NCBI GenBank assembly: GCA_023266475.1
Contig: JAHFQA010000003.1
Location: 1-50,985 of the forward strand
Direction: 5' to 3'
DNA length: 50,985 bases
Source of the DNA: Candidatus Woesearchaeota archaeon
GTDB lineage: Archaea; Nanobdellota; Nanobdellia; Woesearchaeales; GW2011-AR4
Position numbers and translations under genes: made by a program. This document shows positions 45,133 to 50,985 of this stretch, piece by piece. The notes beneath the pieces were generated by a model. That model was not told the origin of the DNA and did no database searches. It saw only the letters and a list, made by a program, of their open reading frames with translations. The first letter of the stretch is position 1; every line of letters begins with the position of its first letter.

Positions 45133-45834
45133 ATGGCTTTCTTAAAGTTTGGCAAGAAAAAGAAAGAGGATATTTTAGACTTGCCTGATTTAAATGCGCC
45201 AGAACCGACTATGGGATCAAGTGAAAAGCAAAGCCCGATTGAGCAAGTTCTAATGATGAAACAGCAAGGTTATACAAACAACCAAATAGTCCAGATGCTT
45301 CAAAGCCAGGGCTACAATACAAACCAGATTTACAATGCCATAAACCAAGCCGGCATAAGCGCGGATTTTCAAAGCCAAAATCAGCCTGAAACCGGAATGC
45401 CGGAATACGGCCAGAGCTATGAGCAGCAGCCTTACCAGCCGCCGATTCAAGCCCAGAATTTTCAGCCGCCAAGAGAGATTCAGGTTCCTGTAACAGTTGA
45501 CGAAGAAAGAATTCAGGAAGTCGCAGAAGCTGTAATTGATGAAAAATGGGAGGAATTTGCCGGCGATATAAGAAAAGTAATTGAATGGAAGGATAAAACA
45601 GAAGACAGGATTGCGAAACTGGAGCAGCAGATTATCGACTTGAGGCTAAGCGTGGATAATTTGTCAAAGAGCATCGTGGGAAAGATTTCTGCATATGACC
45701 AAAACATCTTGGATGTTGGAACAGAAATAAAGGCAATGGAAAAGGTGTTCCAGAAAGTATTGCCAAGTTTAACTGAAAGTGTTAATAAATTGGATAGAAT
45801 GGCTAAGGGGGCAAAAGAACCCCAGAAGAAATGA
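45133..45834 (+). CDS. Gln/Pro-rich plus coiled-coil protein, unknown function
   Basis: 233-aa ORF. Duplicated QGY(T/N)xNQI helix motif, Q/P-rich linker, C-terminal coiled coil. Confidence 0.6.
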   Translation: MAFLKFGKKKKEDILDLPDLNAPEPTMGSSEKQSPIEQVLMMKQQGYTNNQIVQMLQSQGYNTNQIYNAINQAGISADFQSQNQPETGMPEYGQSYEQQPYQPPIQAQNFQPPREIQVPVTVDEERIQEVAEAVIDEKWEEFAGDIRKVIEWKDKTEDRIAKLEQQIIDLRLSVDNLSKSIVGKISAYDQNILDVGTEIKAMEKVFQKVLPSLTESVNKLDRMAKGAKEPQKK

Positions 45835-46048
45835 ATTTTTTGAATTGAATTTTGTTATTTTTAATGATTTTTCTTATTTCTATTTTTTATTGGTTTGTTG
45901 CCAATTGTCACGGCAGACAGAAATAAAAAAAATAAAGTAAAGATTAGCCTTAAGAAAAACACAACCAATAAACTAAAAACCCAATAACGATTGAACACTA
46001 GCGGAAAAAGTTAAATAAAAATATCTATAAAATTATCAAATTTCTTTC

Positions 46049-46549
46049 CTAATGCCCTCTTGAAGCCAATAATGCAATCGTAAAGACGGCTATTGCAAGA
46101 ACTAGAACTGTTCCAAGAAAGTTAGGATGAAAAATAAGATTTACCGTTTTTGAAAGGTCTGTTTGAGTTTCTGAAGGAATGTTTGCGCTTTCCCTTACTT
46201 TTATAGCAGCCCCAACTAAAACAATCAGCACAATAAAGACAAGAAATATGCCCTTTAACGCAGGAAATGACTCTAGGCCACCGCCAAGCATTTTCGAGGC
46301 CATGCTTACCAGGATAATAAGCACAAATATAACTGCCAAAAAAGGCGCTGTGCTTGCAACAACGCTTGTTGCTATCGGCGAAACCAAAACAAACAGCCCA
46401 AGCAACAAACCAACAAGTATATTAACAAAGTTATTGCTGCCAATCACTTTTGACCAGAGCAAGGTTGCATAAACAACTATCCATACAAATAGAAAAACAA
46501 AAATGCTTGTGAAATGCGCTAAGCCTGTAACATCTAAGAATGTTGCCAT
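46049..46549 (-). CDS. Polytopic membrane protein, divergent member of a tandem paralogue trio
   Basis: 166 aa. N-terminus MATFLDVTGLAHF resembles its two neighbours. Ends ...SRGH. Confidence 0.6.
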   Translation of the reverse strand: MATFLDVTGLAHFTSIFVFLFVWIVVYATLLWSKVIGSNNFVNILVGLLLGLFVLVSPIATSVVASTAPFLAVIFVLIILVSMASKMLGGGLESFPALKGIFLVFIVLIVLVGAAIKVRESANIPSETQTDLSKTVNLIFHPNFLGTVLVLAIAVFTIALLASRGH

Positions 46550-46567
46550 ATTTGTAAACTAAAAAGT

Positions 46568-47182
46568 TTAATGGCCGCCGCCGCCTTTGCCAAACAGTTT
46601 GCTTAAATCAACACCTAAGCGGTTAAGCGTGCCCTTGTCTTCCCTGTCTTTTGAGTCGCTTGTAACCCATGCAATTATAATTCCAAATACTAAAAGCATG
46701 ATGGCAACCGCTATTCCTTCAGTCCCGAAAAAGTCTTCAAGAGTTTGTCCAAAATAACCAGACCACCAGCCTGCTGCACCTCCAAAGATAATGATGATTA
46801 CTACCAAGGAAAACAAGGTTATCCATCCTGGAGCTGTCACTCCCAAGAATACCATGTCCTGGCCAAATACTCCAATCATAATAAGCAGAAATATGATTGC
46901 AACAAGCACTAGAGAAACTTGAGGCAAAGCGTCATTGATAATAATGACAGGGTCTGAATTTGCTGGAAAACGCCCTGTAACATGAGGAACAACAACCAGC
47001 AATCCAACCACAATAGCCACTACCACGCTAAGGTTTTTCTTGCCTTCACCCAAAATTTTAGTCTTCTGCAGTATTGCAAATATAATTACAAAAATCAGCA
47101 AGAATGGCAGAAGCACGTCTGTAAGACCTACGCTGTCCAAAAACCTGACCAATCCTTCAGGCCTAAAAGCTTGAGCAACCAT
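46568..47182 (-). CDS. Polytopic membrane protein, tandem paralogue
   Basis: 204 aa. FLDSVGLTDVLLPFLLIFVIIFAILQKTKILG is shared with 47252..47833. Ends GGGGH. Confidence 0.65.
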   Translation of the reverse strand: MVAQAFRPEGLVRFLDSVGLTDVLLPFLLIFVIIFAILQKTKILGEGKKNLSVVVAIVVGLLVVVPHVTGRFPANSDPVIIINDALPQVSLVLVAIIFLLIMIGVFGQDMVFLGVTAPGWITLFSLVVIIIIFGGAAGWWSGYFGQTLEDFFGTEGIAVAIMLLVFGIIIAWVTSDSKDREDKGTLNRLGVDLSKLFGKGGGGH

Positions 47183-47251
47183 TTTAATAACACCTCTTTA
47201 AGACAAATTTTATTTATTTAATCATTAGTATATAAATTTTGTGAATTTGTG

Positions 47252-47833
47252 CTAGTGGCTGCTTCCTCCATGCGAGGCGCCTTTTGAAGGCTCCTTTACA
47301 GCATACACCACAAATAACACTATTATAGCAAGGAGTATTATTGAGCCAGCCACTTCATCGCCGCCAGAGCCTGCAAAGTCACCTAATCGCTCAAGCCATG
47401 TCCTGCCATCAGCAGTTTTTATTGCATCAAGGAAAATCCCAACAATGGACAGGAACACTATTATCATAAAGACAATCTTCCAGCCACCTTCAAGGTAAAC
47501 TGGCTCACCCTCCTTGTAAAATGATCCGACCAGCAGCAAGAACAAAACTGAAAGAAACAAAACAACAACAGCATTAGACGAAACCTTAACAATAGTTTCA
47601 ACAAGCTTTGATGATGCTATAACCAGAAACGCCATTACAAAAGAGGCTATAGCATTAAGGTTTTTCTTTGTATATTTGTGGCCTTCAATTTCCTCTGTGC
47701 CAAGAACTTTGGTTTTTTCAAGTATTGCAAAAACAATTGTAAAAACAAGCAAAAACGGCAGCACAACATCAAATAACCCGATTTTATCAAAGAATACCAG
47801 AACTTGCCTGAATGGAGTTACAGCAGTTGCCAT
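47252..47833 (-). CDS. Polytopic membrane protein, tandem paralogue
   Basis: 193 aa. FFDKIGLFDVVLPFLLVFTIVFAILEKTKVLG. Ends HGGSSH. Confidence 0.65.
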   Translation of the reverse strand: MATAVTPFRQVLVFFDKIGLFDVVLPFLLVFTIVFAILEKTKVLGTEEIEGHKYTKKNLNAIASFVMAFLVIASSKLVETIVKVSSNAVVVLFLSVLFLLLVGSFYKEGEPVYLEGGWKIVFMIIVFLSIVGIFLDAIKTADGRTWLERLGDFAGSGGDEVAGSIILLAIIVLFVVYAVKEPSKGASHGGSSH

Positions 47834-47906
47834 AAGCTAATTTGGCTAATGTAGGTATTTAAAGTTTTCGGAAATATTTATAAAGAAAACATCAACCTAG
47901 GCAAAT

Positions 47907-48476
47907 ATGATTAATAAAAATGAATTCAAGAAAATACAGCAGGAAATGCACAAGATTGAATTGAAGAGAGAGGAAGTTATACAATTGTCAAGGAATATCA
48001 TTACAGTTTCAAAGCAGATAATTTACGCTGCGCAAAGAAATGACTTAAAGGAAGCTGAAAAATCCATTAAGAGCATAAAAGAAAATATAAAAAAATTGCG
48101 AAAAATAAATATAAATACTGATACCAACATTAATTCTGTTGCTTTGCAGGAGTATGTTGAAGCTATTGCTTTCTTTGAATTTGTAAAAAACAAAAAGATA
48201 CCAACAAAAGAGAGCCTTGGGGTAAGCGCTGAAGATTATTTAAGCGGACTTTGTGATTTGACAGGAGAGTTAGTTAGGAAAGCAATTTATGATGTAATAC
48301 ACAAGAAGTTTGATGAAGCAACAATAATAAAGGAATTGGTGCATGACATTTATGGCGAGTTCTTAAAACTCCACTTGAGAAACGGCGAACTGAGGAAAAA
48401 ATCTGATTCCATAAAATGGAACTTGAAAAAACTTGAAGAAGTAATGTATGACATTTCTATGAAGGGAAATAACTAA
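47907..48476 (+). CDS. Translin family protein
   Basis: Helical 189-aa protein with the translin signature EDYLSGLCDLTGELVRKAI. Confidence 0.75.
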   Translation: MINKNEFKKIQQEMHKIELKREEVIQLSRNIITVSKQIIYAAQRNDLKEAEKSIKSIKENIKKLRKININTDTNINSVALQEYVEAIAFFEFVKNKKIPTKESLGVSAEDYLSGLCDLTGELVRKAIYDVIHKKFDEATIIKELVHDIYGEFLKLHLRNGELRKKSDSIKWNLKKLEEVMYDISMKGNN

Positions 48477-48757
48477 GAATTCCTTTCAACATATTTATTG
48501 AATTTTTTTGAAAGATTTATTGGATTTGGGTGATATTATTTTATTGTATTTCTTTAATTTTAATTATTGTTGAATTTATACTGATTTTTGATTAAAATAT
48601 ATTTTTCAATCCGCCTTCTGAAAATAATAGTGCTCGGCGGCAAAGGCAAGTAATATCTTTTATGAATTTTTTAGTTTCACAGCCTTTTCGCCTCGCTCAT
48701 ACATTTAAACTGAATTCATCAATAATTTTAAATACCTTCTTCAAATCCAGCAATATA

Positions 48758-50985
48758 ATGAAAAGAACCCATACCTGCGGTGAATTATCAGCTAAAGATA
48801 TAAACAAAAAAGTAGCTCTTTGCGGTTGGTGCTCTACTAGAAGGGACCATGGCGGAGTTATTTTTATAGACTTAAGGGACAGGTATGGAATTACTCAAAT
48901 TGTTTTTGATCCAAGCAATGACATGCCCAGCCATAAGATTGCAGAAAATTTGAGAAGGGAAGATGTAATAATTGTCCAAGGCATTGTTAGGAAAAGGCCG
49001 CAAGGTATGGAAAATGAAAGGGTGCAAACTGGCCAGATAGAGGTTCTTATCAATAAAATTCTAACAGTCAACAAAGCGCAGACGCCCCCTCTGGAGATTG
49101 AAGACAGAATTGAGGCTTCTGAAGAAGTTAGGCTAAAATACAGGTATCTTGATTTAAGAAGGCCAAAGATGCAGAAGCAATTGATCTTCAGGCATGAAGT
49201 GGCAAACGCCATAAGGGAATATTTCAATGAAAATAAATTTGTTGAGATTGAAACTCCTATGTTAATCAAAAGCACTCCAGAAGGGGCAAGGGATTATCTT
49301 GTTCCAAGCAGAATTCACTTAGGCAATTTTTATTCATTGCCGCAGTCACCCCAAATCTACAAGCAAATTTTAATGATAGCTGGATTTGACAGGTATTACC
49401 AGTTTGCAAGATGCCTTAGAGACGAAGATTTAAGGACTGACAGGCAGCCTGAGCATACTCAAGTTGATGTAGAGATGTCGTTTGCTGATGTCGAAGACAT
49501 ATTTCATCTTACAGAAGGATTGATCAAGCATGTTTTCAGGAAGGTTCTTAACAGGGATGTAAAGATTCCATTCAAAAGATTTACCTATCTTGAGGCAATG
49601 GAAAAGTTCGGCACTGACAAGCCAGATATAAGGTTTGGCATGGAATGCTGTACAGTAACAGAAATAGTTCAAAAATCAGAGTTTAAGGTTTTTCTTGATG
49701 TTGTTAAGAAACAAGGGGTTGTCAAAGTTCTCAATGCTGAAGGATGCGGAGAAAAATTAAGCAGAAACCAAATTGATGAATTGATTGAGTTTGCGAAACA
49801 GAATGGCGCACAAGGGTTAGCTTGGATGAAGGTTGCAAAAAATCACGCACTTGAAAGCAATATCGCCAAATTTTTCCAACTTGATGTGCAGAAAAGGCTA
49901 ATTGAAATTATAAACGCAAAGCCAGGAGATTTGCTGCTATTTGCTGCTGACAAGCCAAAGATTGTCAATGAGGTTCTATCTCGAATAAGATTAAAATTAG
50001 GCCATGAGCTGGAAGTTATAAAGGATGATTTTACATTCTGCTTTGTTACTGATTTTCCGATGTTTGAATGGAATGAGGATGAGCAAAAGTGGGACTTTGG
50101 CCACAATCCATTTACAATGCCAAAAGAGGAAGACTTAAAATATTTAGAGACGTCACCTGAGAAAGTATTCTCATACCAGTATGATTTTGTCATGAATGGC
50201 TCTGAGTTATTTTCAGGCTCTGTTAGAAACACCATACCGGAATTGCAGGAAAAAACGTTCAAAGTTACTGGTTTATCTAAGGATCAGATACAAGAAAGAT
50301 TTGGGTTTTTGCTTGAGGCATATAAATATGGGGCGCCAAGCCATGCCGGATTCGGATTGGGGTTTGACAGGCTGGCTTCTCTAATGCAAGGAATACATGA
50401 CATAAGGGAGGTTATAGCTTTTCCAAAGAACAAATCTGCTCAAAACCCAATGGACGGCTCCCCAAGCGAAGTGAGCGAAAAACAATTGCAGGAATTGCAC
50501 ATTAAGTTGGATTTTGTAAAAGAAAATGTAAATGTCGTTTTTACCAAAATTAGGGATGTTTTAAATAAGGAAAAAATTGAATATGAAGTGATTGAGCACA
50601 AGCCAGTTTTTACAAGCAAAGAGGCAGCTGAAGTTCGAGGAACAGAGCTGAAGCAAGGATGCAAGGCATTGGTTTGCAAGACGGAAGAAGGGTTTATTCA
50701 GGCAGTTGTTTCAGGTGCAAGGGAACTGGACATGGGGAAGCTGCAAGGATTAACATTGTTCAAGAAAATTGAATTAGCTGACGCAAAAGAAGTAAGAAAA
50801 GTAACTGGATGCAATATTGGAAGCGTTCCTCCATTCGGAAACCTCTTTGATTTAAAAGTTTATTTCGACAAATCAGTTGTCGAGAATGAGATTGTGGCTT
50901 TTAATGCAGGGCAGCATACAAAAAGCATAAAGATGAAGGCAAAGGATTTAATTAGAGTTGTGAATCCGGTTGTTGGGGAGTTTTC
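48758..50985 (+). CDS. aspS: Bacterial-type aspartyl-tRNA synthetase fused to a C-terminal YbaK/ProX-like (tRNA_edit) domain; 3' end outside the window
   Basis: Not in the ORF track because no stop falls in the window. My translation from the ATG at 48758 is continuous. It shows an OB fold, motif 2 (FARCLRDEDLRTDRQPEHTQVDVEMSF), a GAD insertion (FGTDKPDIRFG), HNPFTMP and motif 3 (GFGLGFDRLASLM). After ...QELHIKL comes a ~150-aa YbaK-like domain (GCNIGSVPPFG). Confidence 0.9.
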   Translation, partial: MKRTHTCGELSAKDINKKVALCGWCSTRRDHGGVIFIDLRDRYGITQIVFDPSNDMPSHKIAENLRREDVIIVQGIVRKRPQGMENERVQTGQIEVLINKILTVNKAQTPPLEIEDRIEASEEVRLKYRYLDLRRPKMQKQLIFRHEVANAIREYFNENKFVEIETPMLIKSTPEGARDYLVPSRIHLGNFYSLPQSPQIYKQILMIAGFDRYYQFARCLRDEDLRTDRQPEHTQVDVEMSFADVEDIFHLTEGLIKHVFRKVLNRDVKIPFKRFTYLEAMEKFGTDKPDIRFGMECCTVTEIVQKSEFKVFLDVVKKQGVVKVLNAEGCGEKLSRNQIDELIEFAKQNGAQGLAWMKVAKNHALESNIAKFFQLDVQKRLIEIINAKPGDLLLFAADKPKIVNEVLSRIRLKLGHELEVIKDDFTFCFVTDFPMFEWNEDEQKWDFGHNPFTMPKEEDLKYLETSPEKVFSYQYDFVMNGSELFSGSVRNTIPELQEKTFKVTGLSKDQIQERFGFLLEAYKYGAPSHAGFGLGFDRLASLMQGIHDIREVIAFPKNKSAQNPMDGSPSEVSEKQLQELHIKLDFVKENVNVVFTKIRDVLNKEKIEYEVIEHKPVFTSKEAAEVRGTELKQGCKALVCKTEEGFIQAVVSGARELDMGKLQGLTLFKKIELADAKEVRKVTGCNIGSVPPFGNLFDLKVYFDKSVVENEIVAFNAGQHTKSIKMKAKDLIRVVNPVVGEF

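Noticed and set aside
43430-45834. Idea that the two coiled-coil proteins flanking the HEPN-MNT module (43430..43879 and 45133..45834) are paralogues split by the insertion.
   Set aside because: They share only a general architecture, a Pro/Gln-rich N-terminus plus a coiled coil. I could not find a convincing residue-level alignment.
48895-50679. Four minus-strand ORFs (48895..49275, 49430..49672, 49843..50262, 50440..50679), the only track entries over this region.
   Set aside because: They are shadows of the plus-strand AspRS-YbaK ORF. That ORF was omitted from the track only because it has no stop inside the window.
1-50985. Looked for CRISPR arrays, rRNA genes, transposase or integrase genes, and box C/D sRNAs (RUGAUGA...CUGA) in intergenic regions.
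   Set aside because: No regularly spaced short repeats and no recombinase-like ORFs were seen. The few UGAUGA-like hits (for example near 11090, 11140 and 48715) lack correctly spaced D/D' boxes. C/D sRNAs probably exist elsewhere, given that flpA and nop5 are present.

Overview
AT-rich, gene-dense archaeal chromosome segment. The fibrillarin-Nop5 operon, ABCE1, SecDF and an archaeal-length UMP kinase support an archaeal origin. The compact layout suggests a reduced, DPANN-like genome, but that is inference. 1-16.6 kb is housekeeping: flpA/nop5, cutA, ABC1 kinase, pyrH, secDF, pyrG, Nudix, PCD, M50 protease, thiE/thiM and a methyltransferase. 16.6-22.9 kb holds a PadR plus MacB-type ABC exporter cluster, where a perfect 1229-bp tandem duplication has created a third, chimeric permease gene; tRNA-Thr(CGU) follows. 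23-32.8 kb holds ABCE1 (lacking exactly one of its two Fe-S ligand sets), DUF99, a wHTH regulator, glmS, an ICMT-like methyltransferase, GNAT, a Cys-repeat lipoprotein-like protein and an MBL hydrolase. 32.8-45.1 kb is the accessory part: (1) vapBC with an 18-bp perfect palindrome; (2) a wHTH/degenerate-NTase gene followed by a 1517-aa polytopic membrane giant with an internal module duplication; (3) an AbiEi/AbiEii cassette bracketed by perfect 46-bp direct repeats that duplicate the 5' end of the next gene; (4) a second wHTH-nucleotidyltransferase pair; (5) a HEPN-MNT pair with a GTTGGT-N3-ACCAAC operator array; (6) a PIN-domain gene remnant. 45-48.5 kb holds a coiled-coil protein, three tandem paralogous membrane proteins and translin. 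The window ends inside a bacterial-type AspRS fused in frame to a YbaK/ProX-like editing domain. I saw no CRISPR array, rRNA, transposase or integrase. All calls come from reading translations and sequence by eye; no searches were run.
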